From IMG/VR virus record IMGVR_UViG_3300042291_002084, positions 6,168 to 70,167 of that record: a stretch of DNA of 64,000 nt. One strand, written 5' to 3'. The DNA is from a virus. A model generated the notes under the pieces. That model was not told where the DNA came from. It did no database searches and was given only the letters and a program-made list of their open reading frames with translations. Positions 17,179-27,935 of this stretch are shown here, one piece after another. Each line of letters starts with the position of its first letter. The stretch's first letter is position 1. Both the position numbers and the translations under genes were made by a program.

Positions 17179-19752
17179 ATGGAAAATTTTAACACTTACC
17201 AACAAGTGATTGATGCATTAAAAGCAGCTTACGTTGATGCTAGAAATATTAAACGTTTAGCTAACGCTAAAAAAAGACAAGTAAATAATGCAGGTTCTTT
17301 TTTGACTAGAAAAGAAAATGAGAAGGAGTCTTTAGAAAGTAAAGCTAATTCTGTTAAACAAGTAATGAATAGCAATACGAGTAGCTCTTTTACTGATATT
17401 CAGGATTCTAAAAACTCAATATTTAGAGAAGATTTAACTGCATTAAGATCTAGATTAGTAGAGATCGAAAAGGAAAAGCTAAAGCTTGATGCTCGTGCAC
17501 TATTAGATACTGAAGTTACGCCGGACGACTATAATGCACTGACTGCTACTCAACTACAAACTATTGGAATGATCCAAAATATGATTGTAACTGCAATAGG
17601 CCAAACAGATACAATTTATTCTGATACTTATACTAGTGGGAATTATTATAACCTAAAATCATCTGCAATTCCTAATTATAGTGGAGGTAATCATGGAGAT
17701 GTAGAAGATTATTATATGCAATTAGTGGCGAAATTCGAAAATTTATGTGTTGATACACAAACAAAATTCGAAGATTTAATGCAAGCGTATTTTGGGATAA
17801 CTACTAGTTGTAGAGATAAAAAAGAGGATATTTATTATTTCGTTACTGGTATTGAAGTTACTAAAGGTCAATTAGCTTTATTATTAGAAAATGGAGGTAC
17901 TGAATCAGAGATATCCGCTAAAGAAACTGAGATTGATGCATATAAAAATAATATATTAATTGCTGCAGAATATTTAAAAATGGATATCGAAGCTTTTGAC
18001 TTGTTTGATAGTAAATTCGTTTTACTTGTTGAAGAATATTTCGATGCTATATCAGATGCCTATACAGATTTATTATCTTATTGGCAAAATAATGAAAGCT
18101 ATATAACTCACAAGGGATTTAGAGATCCTCAAATGAAATCCCAAGAATTATTATTTGATATTATTGGAGTGTTTTTTAATAAAATGGAAACTATTTTCGG
18201 ACAGGTCAATGGTATATCTCCTTATACTTATATGGAAGATAAATTAAAATGGGCATTAGAATTAGATACTGATGCAAAAAGAGAGTTTGAAAGTAAATCA
18301 TTAGATCAATATCATCTTGTATCTCCATATAATTTGACTGAGAATTATAATGAAAATGGAGTGGAAGGAAGAAGAATTCGTAGAGAGGTTCCTATGGACA
18401 AGGCTGCGGCTATACTTCACTATGTCGGATCCTTACACGATGCATTCAGTGATTATATTCAAACAGAAGCGGAACGTCAGCAATATACGTCCAACTTAAA
18501 TCTGTGGATAAATGAATATTCCGGTGCATTGAGTGAATGGAATACAATAAGTACTGCACATGCGGCGAGTGTATTAGAATACTTGAATACTGACGATGAA
18601 ACTATGAAATTAGCTAATCGTAGATATACTGGTACTCCTGAACAAGAAGCTGCTCTTCAAGCTGCTACTGAAGCTAAAATTAATGCTCAACTTGATTTGT
18701 TATATGCGGATAATTCGGTAACAGAAACTGCTAGTAGTCGTGCTCGATATATGGCGATATTCCCTGAGTTTTATTCTACATTTACTCCATTGTATGCGGA
18801 TTGGAGACCTTCTTTAGAAGCTAGACTATTATTGACACCAACTCATAATTCTTTACTCGATGCAAAGAATACTGCAGAATCCACATTAAATTCCATAATT
18901 GATACTGTAGGTGTAGATGGACCTGGATATGCTGAAGCACTTCAAAATTTCACAGAAGCTGAAGCTGCATATGCTGCATTTGTTATTATAGGTGGTGAAT
19001 GGGATTCTACTTACCAATTTGAGATAGCTAAATTTCAACCATTAAGAGATTATATAAATAGTGTTGAATTACCTGAATACTCAAATTTAGGCTTTGTGAC
19101 AGGTCAGGCCCTTCTTCATATCGAAGATTTATATGAAGATGTTCAAAAAGCTAAAGCTGCTACTGATGTTGATTTAACGCAAAAAATTGTCGAAGTTTCC
19201 ACGCTTGAAAGTAATATGACTGCTATATATGCATCTGGCGCAGATATGCTTTCCGCTTTCAGAACGTTACGTCCTGAGTTAAATAGAATAGAGAAGCTAA
19301 CTCAAGATTTAAGTAAATTAAGATTTGCGCAAGAACGTTATTTAGGCGAAATCGTTGCTAAACTTGGTGGACATGTTAACTTATTGAATAATTTACCATC
19401 TACTGAAGTTATGTTACAAAATGGAATAGATTTCCTTACATCTGAAAGTAATTATGCATTCAATACGCATAAAGATAAAGTTGCTACTTACTTCAATACA
19501 GCTAAAGCAGAATCAATTCATTATAGTTACTTTCCTATGCAAAATGAATTATGTCCTTCTGAATTGCCTGCAAATTTGATACTTGATGGAGATATTCTAC
19601 TTTATATTAAAAACAACCAAGGATTATCTAGAATTAACGTGAATTATCGTGAAACTTTAAAAACGTATACTCGACAATCGGTTAGCGTCAATTTTGCAAA
19701 TCAAGCTATCGCATATGTTAATGATGGAGGATCATTTACTGCATGGTCATAA
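17179..19752 (+). CDS. 857-aa helical/coiled-coil protein, paralogue of 19821
   Basis: N-terminus MENFNTYQQVIDALKAAYVDARNIKRLAN matches next gene. Confidence 0.85.
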   Translation: MENFNTYQQVIDALKAAYVDARNIKRLANAKKRQVNNAGSFLTRKENEKESLESKANSVKQVMNSNTSSSFTDIQDSKNSIFREDLTALRSRLVEIEKEKLKLDARALLDTEVTPDDYNALTATQLQTIGMIQNMIVTAIGQTDTIYSDTYTSGNYYNLKSSAIPNYSGGNHGDVEDYYMQLVAKFENLCVDTQTKFEDLMQAYFGITTSCRDKKEDIYYFVTGIEVTKGQLALLLENGGTESEISAKETEIDAYKNNILIAAEYLKMDIEAFDLFDSKFVLLVEEYFDAISDAYTDLLSYWQNNESYITHKGFRDPQMKSQELLFDIIGVFFNKMETIFGQVNGISPYTYMEDKLKWALELDTDAKREFESKSLDQYHLVSPYNLTENYNENGVEGRRIRREVPMDKAAAILHYVGSLHDAFSDYIQTEAERQQYTSNLNLWINEYSGALSEWNTISTAHAASVLEYLNTDDETMKLANRRYTGTPEQEAALQAATEAKINAQLDLLYADNSVTETASSRARYMAIFPEFYSTFTPLYADWRPSLEARLLLTPTHNSLLDAKNTAESTLNSIIDTVGVDGPGYAEALQNFTEAEAAYAAFVIIGGEWDSTYQFEIAKFQPLRDYINSVELPEYSNLGFVTGQALLHIEDLYEDVQKAKAATDVDLTQKIVEVSTLESNMTAIYASGADMLSAFRTLRPELNRIEKLTQDLSKLRFAQERYLGEIVAKLGGHVNLLNNLPSTEVMLQNGIDFLTSESNYAFNTHKDKVATYFNTAKAESIHYSYFPMQNELCPSELPANLILDGDILLYIKNNQGLSRINVNYRETLKTYTRQSVSVNFANQAIAYVNDGGSFTAWS

Positions 19753-19772
19753 ATTAATCTAATAAGCAAAAA

Positions 19773-19801
19773 GAGTGGAGTTTTAAACTCCACTCCTTTT
19801 T
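19773..19801 (+). terminator. Terminator-like hairpin between the two paralogues
   Basis: GAGTGGAGTTT-t-AAACTCCACTC + T-run. Confidence 0.7.
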
Positions 19802-19820
19802 AAAATAAAAAAACCATAAA

Positions 19821-22800
19821 ATGGAAAATTTTAACAATTATCAACAAGTTATTAATGCTCTTAAAGCTGAGTATGTTAATGCTAGAAATCTTAAAAGAGT
19901 AGCTAACACTGCGCGCAGAGCAACTATAAACGCGGCTTCATTTAAAAATAGAAAAGAAAATGAGAAAACGACATTAGAAAATAGAGTAGATTCTATTGAA
20001 ACTGCTTTGAATAGTACGTTATCTAATGCTATTAGTGAAGCTGATCTAAAAAAATGGGCAGATTTAAAATCTAAATTATCCGAACTGAAGGGTAAATTAG
20101 AACATATAGAGAACGAAGAGTATTTATTAGTACGATCATTTGACGTGGCTCCTTGGGATTATTCAGAAGTTTCTGATATAGATTCTAATAGTTTTACTAT
20201 GCTTAAAAATCTATTAACTACTGCTATCAGTGATGCTGAAATAGCTATAAATAATGCATATGGAGAGGATTATTATGATATTCAACAATCAACAAAATTC
20301 CGTTATTCTGATAAAAAGTTTACTGATTCCGAACTTATGTCTAAGCATAGCGAAAAGAAAGCTGTTTTAGATGGATTATTTCAAAAAGCTGAAGATGCAA
20401 TTACTGAATATACAGAAGATATGTTTGATAAAGCTAATACGGTTAACATCCTGTTTAATGATTGTGTGGATTTATCTACATCGTTGGCTGGCGCTAAAGA
20501 ATATTTAGCAAACTTATTAGTTTCTGGTGGAGCTCAATCCTATATAGATGATGCAGAAGAAGATATTGAATCATATAAATCGCAAATGATTAATCGTGCA
20601 CATGAATTAAAATTAGCTAAAGAAAAATTGATTGAGTGGACAGTAGCTAGATTTAATATTGTTGCTGAATATATTGAAGATGCAAGAGATTATGCTAATC
20701 AGGAATATTATGATTTTGTAGATGATAATAGTCAACTCCTAAGAGATGAAGTAGCAGGTAGACCTGAATACTTAGATTGGAGAACTACTAAACTTTATTA
20801 TTCTTTATTCGATTCATTAGCTACATCTTCTAATATCCAAGGATTAAACCTAAATGAATTCAATGAAATTCAATCGCAGTTGGATTCTGTTAGAACCGAC
20901 CTATTTAATGTAGATAATCGTGTGGTTAAAAATTCACAGAGAATAGGCATTTTACAAAATCCTAATAGTATGATAATAGAAAATAATGGTAAATTTGAGT
21001 TTAGTTCTGATTTTCATACATCGGATATTATTTTTTATAAGGAGCATAATGCAGCTCTAAATAGTGCGACTAGTGAATATATAACTCAAAATGTGACAAG
21101 AAATTTTAGAAAATCGGAGGTAAGAGATCTATTCTTTATTAAATCTGGTATAGCGTTAGAAAAAGCATTAAATATTACAGGGAGTATTAGAGAAGCTAAA
21201 TTTGTATTGAGAAGAGCGAATAAGGAGCTTATCTGGAGTACTGAATATTACACCGGAACTCAAGAGCAACAATCCGAGTATAATAATTTTATATCAGAAC
21301 ATAATCCTGACTTTCAACTTTTTAATCAAAGTGAACAATCATATCATTACAATAATGCGATATATCAGTTTAATTTAGGTATTTTTGAGAACGAGTTTAA
21401 CTTATTAAATACGTTAGCTGCTACAAAAACTAGCACAGAAGATTATATATCATCTCTTACTAGCTTAGAAGCAGGTGTAATTGACCAATCTTTTGCTTAT
21501 GGAAACGGGTTTAATGCTCTCATTTTTTCAACGGCTATTCAATCTGATGGTAAAATATTAGTTGGTGGTCAATTTGCTGATTACAATGGAATAGGTGCAA
21601 ATGGAATTACTCGATTAAACACAGATGGTTCAATAGACACTTCTTTTGTTTACGGAACAGGGTTTAATAATTTTGTTCAGTCAATCGCTATTCAATCTGA
21701 TGGTAAAATATTAGTTGGTGGTAGTTTTACAACTTACAACGGAACAAGTGCTAATAATATAATTCGATTAAATTCAGATGGTTCAATAGACACTTCTTTT
21801 GTTTATGGTACAGGATTTAATTTAGAAGTTGAATCAATCGCTATTCAATCTGATGGTAAAATATTAGTTGGTGGTGGTTTTACAAATTACAATGGAACAA
21901 GTGCAAATTATATTATTCGATTAAATACGGATGGTTCAGTTGATACTTCTTTTGTTTATGGTACAGGGTTTAATGCTAAAGTTAAATCAATTGATATTCA
22001 ATCTGATGGTAAAGTATTATTTGGTGGTCAATTTACAACTTACAACGGAACAGGGGCATATCGTATTATTAGATTAAACTCTGATGGTTCAGTGGATACT
22101 TCTTTTGTTTATGGTACAGGGTTTGATTCTACTGTTTATTCAATGGCTATTCAATCTGATGGTAAAATAGTAGTTGCAGGTTATTTTACAGGTTACAATG
22201 GAATAGGTGCAAATGGAATTACTCGATTAAACACAGATGGTTCAATAGACACTTCTTTCGTTTATGGTACAGGGTTTAATGGTGGTGCTTTATCAATCGC
22301 TATTCAATCTGATGGTAAAATAGTAGTTGGTGGTGATTTTTCATCTTACAACGGAACAAGTGCTAATAATATAATTCGATTAAATTCAGATGGTTCAATA
22401 GACACTTCTTTTGTTTATGGTACAGGATTTAATTTCTATATTTTTTCAATCGCTATTCAATCTAATGGAAATATATTAGCTGGTGGTCAATTTACGACTT
22501 ACAATGGAGTAAGTGCAAGTAAAATTGTAAGTTTAAATTCTATTACTGTATTTGAAAGTGATGAAGCTGAAGCAGCTTATCCAGAGGCCTTAATTTCTAG
22601 AAATGCTGCGGTAGAACAATATAATTTATTCTTAGATACTGAATTAGGAGAAAAATTGTTCGAGGAGAACTGGAATGGTAACGGCCGATCTCTTTTAGAT
22701 ATTAAGCGTACTTATGATAATAGCTATGCGAATTATACTGCAGCTGAGGCGGCATGGAATGCTGCATTAGCTGAATTCGAAGTTCTTAAATCTCAAATGA

Positions 22801-23360
22801 CTTTAGGTGAGCCTAGTGAATGGAGTAAAAGACAGGCAATTAAAATAGGAACGTTTGTTAGTCTTGCAGAAGACCGATTATCAAATTTAGAAACTCTTAA
22901 GTCTGGCCATGGTTCATATTTAAATTCATTAAAGGCTAGAATAATAAATTTAATGTTAGACGTACTGTCGGTTACTGACGAGCAATTTGCGGAAAATCAA
23001 CATTCTATTCTTAATAATGCGGTTAAGGATTTCTTAGAAAATGCCAACAACAATAATAAGTTAGCAATATCTATAGTAGAAAAACTACACACCGAATCAA
23101 TTAAGACGACTTGCGAAGATAGGTTGTTAGCGATGAGCTACGGGTTTAATAATACATATGAAATACCGTATAGAACATCTGGCTTATTCAGCTCAGATCA
23201 AGGACAACAACTTGGTATATTAACTGATGGTAGTTTAAGAGTTCACTATGCGACAAGTTTACTGAATATAATTAACACAAAAGTTCTTAGATTCAATCCA
23301 GACTCATTCGCTGATGCTATTATAGCTGAAGCTACTAATGGAACTCCATTAGTACCGTAA
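19821..23360 (+). CDS. 1179-aa coiled-coil protein with inserted delta-60 (DUF5122) beta-propeller
   Basis: Seven IAIQSDGKILVGGxF...IIRLNxDGSxDTSF repeats. Confidence 0.88.
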   Translation: MENFNNYQQVINALKAEYVNARNLKRVANTARRATINAASFKNRKENEKTTLENRVDSIETALNSTLSNAISEADLKKWADLKSKLSELKGKLEHIENEEYLLVRSFDVAPWDYSEVSDIDSNSFTMLKNLLTTAISDAEIAINNAYGEDYYDIQQSTKFRYSDKKFTDSELMSKHSEKKAVLDGLFQKAEDAITEYTEDMFDKANTVNILFNDCVDLSTSLAGAKEYLANLLVSGGAQSYIDDAEEDIESYKSQMINRAHELKLAKEKLIEWTVARFNIVAEYIEDARDYANQEYYDFVDDNSQLLRDEVAGRPEYLDWRTTKLYYSLFDSLATSSNIQGLNLNEFNEIQSQLDSVRTDLFNVDNRVVKNSQRIGILQNPNSMIIENNGKFEFSSDFHTSDIIFYKEHNAALNSATSEYITQNVTRNFRKSEVRDLFFIKSGIALEKALNITGSIREAKFVLRRANKELIWSTEYYTGTQEQQSEYNNFISEHNPDFQLFNQSEQSYHYNNAIYQFNLGIFENEFNLLNTLAATKTSTEDYISSLTSLEAGVIDQSFAYGNGFNALIFSTAIQSDGKILVGGQFADYNGIGANGITRLNTDGSIDTSFVYGTGFNNFVQSIAIQSDGKILVGGSFTTYNGTSANNIIRLNSDGSIDTSFVYGTGFNLEVESIAIQSDGKILVGGGFTNYNGTSANYIIRLNTDGSVDTSFVYGTGFNAKVKSIDIQSDGKVLFGGQFTTYNGTGAYRIIRLNSDGSVDTSFVYGTGFDSTVYSMAIQSDGKIVVAGYFTGYNGIGANGITRLNTDGSIDTSFVYGTGFNGGALSIAIQSDGKIVVGGDFSSYNGTSANNIIRLNSDGSIDTSFVYGTGFNFYIFSIAIQSNGNILAGGQFTTYNGVSASKIVSLNSITVFESDEAEAAYPEALISRNAAVEQYNLFLDTELGEKLFEENWNGNGRSLLDIKRTYDNSYANYTAAEAAWNAALAEFEVLKSQMTLGEPSEWSKRQAIKIGTFVSLAEDRLSNLETLKSGHGSYLNSLKARIINLMLDVLSVTDEQFAENQHSILNNAVKDFLENANNNNKLAISIVEKLHTESIKTTCEDRLLAMSYGFNNTYEIPYRTSGLFSSDQGQQLGILTDGSLRVHYATSLLNIINTKVLRFNPDSFADAIIAEATNGTPLVP
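21478..22545 (+). repeat. Seven tandem 153-bp units encoding delta-60 repeats
   Basis: caatctgatggtaaa recurring every 153 bp. Confidence 0.9.
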
Positions 23361-23401
23361 ATGAAGTCTAATCGTAAATTAATTTTACTAATATTAAACA
23401 G

Positions 23402-23435
23402 AAAAGAGACCTTTTACGAGGTCTCTTTTTTTTTT
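23402..23435. terminator. Bidirectional terminator between convergent genes
   Basis: AAAAGAGACC-ttttacga-GGTCTCTTTT. Confidence 0.8.
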
Positions 23436-23613
23436 AAAGTTATTTAGATAGTTTAAAATTTTAGTATGTAAATAGAAAATACTCCAAGGTATTTGAACAT
23501 TACATATTATAGTTATATGTGGAATTATATTAAGGCTATATGGAAAGGCATAATTAAATATAAGTTGAATAATATAAGCAATGTCACTAGGCATTTTATA
23601 GATACTATTTGAT

Positions 23614-24183
23614 TTAGTGACCATACGTTTTTTCAACAAATAACTTAACGATCTCTAATTTTTCTTCTTCAGAATTAGAGGTTGACCATAGCCACAAATA
23701 TGATTTTTCTACTTGACCACTTCTTTTTCGCTTGTCTTCAATAATCCTATTAAATGTTACAATATCTGAATCATCTACTTCAACATCAATCTTTAAATTA
23801 TCACAAAGATAAAATAACTCCATTATATCATTATGATAATAAGCGTCCTTTGCCTCTATATAGATTAGGTTAAGTTCAGGATCTTCTACTTTATCTGGAT
23901 GAGTAATTTTTACAATCTCACGATAAATCTTCTTCATTTTTAATTTAGTAGATTCAGTAAACTCTGCAAGATTATAGTTCTTAGATTTAGGTTTATTTGA
24001 TTCATTAGGGGTGCCCTGAGTACTTTCAGATGAGATATTTGACTCCTTCATAAAATCATTTATCTGTTTTAAGAAATCCGGAGTATTAACTGTAATAATT
24101 TCTGAAACATACTCGTCATTTGTTTTAATAAGTGAGTATTCCTTAACTATTTTCTTAAGCTCAAGCTTTTTTAATTTGTTCAT
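23614..24183 (-). CDS. J-domain (DnaJ-like) protein
   Basis: KKIYREIVKITHPDK (HPD motif). Confidence 0.8.
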   Translation of the reverse strand: MNKLKKLELKKIVKEYSLIKTNDEYVSEIITVNTPDFLKQINDFMKESNISSESTQGTPNESNKPKSKNYNLAEFTESTKLKMKKIYREIVKITHPDKVEDPELNLIYIEAKDAYYHNDIMELFYLCDNLKIDVEVDDSDIVTFNRIIEDKRKRSGQVEKSYLWLWSTSNSEEEKLEIVKLFVEKTYGH

Positions 24184-24283
24184 TTAGAATACTCCTATAT
24201 TTTCAGTATATAGTTATTTATTTACACACCACTTAGTAAAAATTTGTGAAATTCGCTAAGATAAATAAAATAAAAGATATCCA

Positions 24284-24685
24284 GTGAAGACTAAACATAT
24301 CATACATTTTCCAAAATGGACAAATATCACTAAGCTTAATGAAAGTTTAGAGGATTATAATATAGTAAAGGCCGAAGCTCAAGCTTTAACTACTGAATTA
24401 AATGAAAAAATTGGACCTTCTCTTACTACTGCTGAATTAATGAAGTGGTTTAAAGGACTACTTAACTTATATAACCAAGGAAAATATCAAACCTTTATCT
24501 ATATTCAAATGCAAAATGTTGTTGTGCCGAATTATACTACATTTGAGAGAATCTTTACTAAAAAAAATACTGATCTTAAACTTGATGATATTGAAGCGAT
24601 TAAATTCTTTAAGGGTCTAACTCAAATTGAACCGACACATATTCGTGACACTAATGCCAAACTCAAAGAGTTAGGTTTTATTTAA
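24284..24685 (+). CDS. Hypothetical tagged protein (…FPKW…KLNES)
   Basis: GATAAATAA upstream; GTG start. Confidence 0.7.
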   Translation: MKTKHIIHFPKWTNITKLNESLEDYNIVKAEAQALTTELNEKIGPSLTTAELMKWFKGLLNLYNQGKYQTFIYIQMQNVVVPNYTTFERIFTKKNTDLKLDDIEAIKFFKGLTQIEPTHIRDTNAKLKELGFI

Positions 24686-24718
24686 TACTTGCCTGCTACC
24701 TTAGGCAAATTATAGTTG

Positions 24719-24748
24719 GCCCGGACGAGAGTTCGGGTTTTCTTTTTT
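24719..24748 (+). terminator. Rho-independent terminator
   Basis: CCCGGAC-gaga-GTTCGGG + T-run. Confidence 0.7.
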
Positions 24749-24757
24749 AAGAGAATC

Positions 24758-25642
24758 CTAAATCTCGTGATTTAGGATTCTATCAGAAGTCAAACTAGCT
24801 TTAGCTAATTTAGATTTCATTATTTTTAATGCTTTAGAATATACTAATCTTGCCCATTCTGACGTTTTGCCATAACTTTGAGAAATAGTTGAAAAAGTTT
24901 CAGGTATACCATATGTTATTCCAATACGTCGACATACTATATCTTTCTGTACTGCCGTTAGTCTGCTTAGTGCAATCATTGCAGTTGTTTGGATATCAGT
25001 ATCATCAACTATTTCGCTAGCCGTTGATCCACTCGCGATCCAACTCATTGGTGCAAAAGTTTCTTCTGGATCATTTGATTCTAGCGGAACGCTTCTATGA
25101 TCTGAATTGACTACTCTTTTAATATTCGTTAAAGTCATATCATATCCTAATTTAATCAACTCTTCATGAATCTCTTCAAATGTTCCAGGTCGACCTTCAT
25201 CTTGTTGAATCCTTTCATCAACTCGTTTTATTTTGGCAAGGTCAGTTATTATATTTTGAGGAAGTCGTACTGGTCTTGAATCAGTATTAAGATATAACAT
25301 TATTTCTTTTCTAATATGCCATACTGCAAATGAGATAAATTTAAATCCTCGAGTAGGATCAAATAGTCTAGCTGCATCACAAAGTCCAATATTTCCTTGA
25401 CTAATTAACTCTTCCATTGAAATGTAAGCATTTGAATATTGTTTAGCAACAGATATTACAAATCTTAAGTTTGCAGAAATAAGTTGCTGAATTGCCTCCT
25501 CATCTCCTTTTTGAGCTCTGATGCCTATCTCAAATTCCTCATCTGCACTTAATAAAGGAACACTATCTACTTCACTAAAGTAACGATTGATGTTACCTGT
25601 TCTAGTAGTTATCTTTTCCTTTGCAATTTTTAGCTGTCTCAC
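24758..25642 (-). CDS. Sigma-70 family RNA polymerase sigma factor (RpoD/RpoS-like)
   Basis: Region 1.2 PLLSADEE; region 2 ANLRFVISVAKQY…ELISQGNIGL…FDPTRGFKFISFAVWHIR; region 4 HTH. Confidence 0.93.
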   Translation of the reverse strand: MRQLKIAKEKITTRTGNINRYFSEVDSVPLLSADEEFEIGIRAQKGDEEAIQQLISANLRFVISVAKQYSNAYISMEELISQGNIGLCDAARLFDPTRGFKFISFAVWHIRKEIMLYLNTDSRPVRLPQNIITDLAKIKRVDERIQQDEGRPGTFEEIHEELIKLGYDMTLTNIKRVVNSDHRSVPLESNDPEETFAPMSWIASGSTASEIVDDTDIQTTAMIALSRLTAVQKDIVCRRIGITYGIPETFSTISQSYGKTSEWARLVYSKALKIMKSKLAKASLTSDRILNHEI

Positions 25643-25755
25643 GATCTTTTTAAATTAGTTGCTGATTGCTCAGCATGGTTTATAAAAATAATTAGTTAGT
25701 TGTATATAATAAAGAACTAAAAAAAATTGAATAGTTAAATAAAATAAACAAAAAT

Positions 25756-26103
25756 ATGAGATTTACAGATTCAGAAAGGCTAGATTTTTTAGAAAAATGG
25801 GAAACTAGCTCACATAGTAACACATGGTTTACTATTTTAACACAACATGTTAATAAACAAGATTATCCAACACTAAGAGAGTTTTGTGACTATTCAATTG
25901 ATTTTGAAAAGATGATTGACTCTAATGGACTTGATGTAATTGCATGGCATCATATACCAGTACATATACAAGAAATTGTAATTGGAGTTTGGGAAAACGA
26001 AAATCGTATACTTACTGATGATGAAAAGGCTTCTATTCAAACTGAATCTAATTCTTACTGGAAGGAAGTATGGGAATTAGAGGAATCTATCGAAGATAAA
26101 TAA
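25756..26103 (+). CDS. Hypothetical protein
   Basis: ORF, AT-rich leader. Confidence 0.7.
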   Translation: MRFTDSERLDFLEKWETSSHSNTWFTILTQHVNKQDYPTLREFCDYSIDFEKMIDSNGLDVIAWHHIPVHIQEIVIGVWENENRILTDDEKASIQTESNSYWKEVWELEESIEDK

Positions 26104-26123
26104 TAAAAACATTTTAATTACTA

Positions 26124-27332
26124 ATGTCATATATTAAGAATTATTCAAACTGGCTTAGATTATTTGAGCAGGTGACAGTTGCACCAGCAGTTACCACTTC
26201 TCCAGGTGGAGTGACTACTGAAAAGTCAAAATATGGAGAGTATACATTTAACCAGCTTTTTCCAGACAACATGATTACACCAAAGCCTGAGAGCTATGCT
26301 TCAGTAATTCAACGAATGGGTGCAGATCTTAAAAAAGCACTGTCAGAGGGTAGGAACTTAACTGATATTAAAATTAACGTTGAATCAAGTGCAAGTTCAC
26401 AGAGGCCTACTACAAATGTCCCTAAGGGATATACGAAACTAGATCATAATTATGGCGGTGGTCAACCAAGTAATGAATTTCTTGCAAAGAATCGAGGTAT
26501 TAATATGAAGAATGTAATTGTTCAAGAACTTTCAAAACTAGGAATTCAAGTACCTGCAGAAAATATTAATGTTGTACCTAGACCAGACGGTAAATGGGTT
26601 GCTACTTCTGAAGATGAATCTGAGCAATATGTAAAAGTAAAAATCGAAGGTCTTTTTGAGAAACCTAAGACAGATATTCCAGAAAAACCAACTCCAGTTT
26701 ATGAATATTCAATTGTATATTCATGGTATCAAGTAGGAGAATCAAATAAAAAATATGTATTAGTAAATAATCCATTATCTTATAAAACTAGCTATTCACC
26801 AGATGAATTAAAATATAGGAAACTTGATCACGGAACAGTTAAAAATAGTGACGATTTTAGAGCAGCTGTTCAAGATTCCCCTGAAGATATTACAATTGCT
26901 GGATATGGATATACTGCACCAGAAGGAGTTGAATTCTTTGCTTTCGGTGAATTAAGTAATTATAAAACAGTTAAAGGAAATATTTTCTATTATGCAGATG
27001 AAGAATCTTGGAAAAAAGATGTACTTACTATAAATAAACTTAATCCAACTCAATGGGAAGTTAAAGCAGGTACATTACAAAAACCTGGTGAAAAACTTCC
27101 TTTTACAGTTCATGCAAAAGGAAATTGGAATTTAGGAAAAGGCGCTCAAGCTAATTTTGAACATGGTACAGGAAACTTTAGTCGATCTATCTATACACTT
27201 AAACCAAAAGGTGATGAGCTTAAAAAAGATAAAAAAGGAAAAGAATATTATTCTGAAATTAAAATAAAGCAATGGAGTGGTTCTACTGAAGAGCCTACGG
27301 CTAAACCTGATAATACACGAGAGGCACAATAA
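26124..27332 (+). CDS. Tagged virion protein with OmpA-like (peptidoglycan-associating) domain
   Basis: Tag MSYIKNYSNWLRLFEQ; IKINVESSAS…NEFLAKNRG..MK..I resembles OmpA_C. Confidence 0.6.
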   Translation: MSYIKNYSNWLRLFEQVTVAPAVTTSPGGVTTEKSKYGEYTFNQLFPDNMITPKPESYASVIQRMGADLKKALSEGRNLTDIKINVESSASSQRPTTNVPKGYTKLDHNYGGGQPSNEFLAKNRGINMKNVIVQELSKLGIQVPAENINVVPRPDGKWVATSEDESEQYVKVKIEGLFEKPKTDIPEKPTPVYEYSIVYSWYQVGESNKKYVLVNNPLSYKTSYSPDELKYRKLDHGTVKNSDDFRAAVQDSPEDITIAGYGYTAPEGVEFFAFGELSNYKTVKGNIFYYADEESWKKDVLTINKLNPTQWEVKAGTLQKPGEKLPFTVHAKGNWNLGKGAQANFEHGTGNFSRSIYTLKPKGDELKKDKKGKEYYSEIKIKQWSGSTEEPTAKPDNTREAQ

Positions 27333-27341
27333 GCCTCTCTT

Positions 27342-27821
27342 TTATTTAAAACAGGTTGTTGCTTTTATATAATAATTAAATATACCAATCGACAGGAATT
27401 TACTTTGTTCTTTAATATAGAAATTAACACTTGTTCCAATATAAGTAAATTGAGTATCTAGTATAAGTGCACGGTGTCCTGGAGAACCCATCCATCCTTT
27501 TACAATATCTTTAGCTAGTTCAATATACATCATACTACTATTACACTGAGTTAATGCACATATTTCGCCAAGCCCACTATGTGAATGCTCAAACTTATTA
27601 AACTTAATCATCCAAGTATTATGCTTGGTTGCAGCATCTGATATTGTTTGAGATACTGTAAGTTTAGGTAACCCCTTAATTGATCTTTCATGGTTTATCA
27701 AGTCTATTACTAGGCTATTTAATAACTTAGTATTTATTGAATCACCTCCAATTTTACTAGTCGATATTTGAGAATAACCTAAAGTTGTAAATAAGACAAA
27801 TACTAAAATTATGAGTTTCAT
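27342..27821 (-). CDS. Secreted CAP/SCP domain protein
   Basis: Signal peptide; LINHERSIKGL..L, HS…EI, WMGSPGHRALIL. Confidence 0.88.
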   Translation of the reverse strand: MKLIILVFVLFTTLGYSQISTSKIGGDSINTKLLNSLVIDLINHERSIKGLPKLTVSQTISDAATKHNTWMIKFNKFEHSHSGLGEICALTQCNSSMMYIELAKDIVKGWMGSPGHRALILDTQFTYIGTSVNFYIKEQSKFLSIGIFNYYIKATTCFK

Positions 27822-27935
27822 TTTTTAAATATTAAAGGGTTATTGATTTATTATACATAGTTTCATATCTATATAAAACAAAAAAGGCTATTAAAAGTAT
27901 AAATCTTTGAGATAAATAATAAAAATAATATTTAG

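Noticed and set aside
13761-22545. Diversity-generating retroelement TR/VR pairs among internal repeats
   Set aside because: No reverse transcriptase in the window, and differences are not adenine-specific
23394-23639. 81-aa minus ORF
   Set aside because: Runs through the bidirectional terminator and overlaps the J-domain gene; no recognisable features
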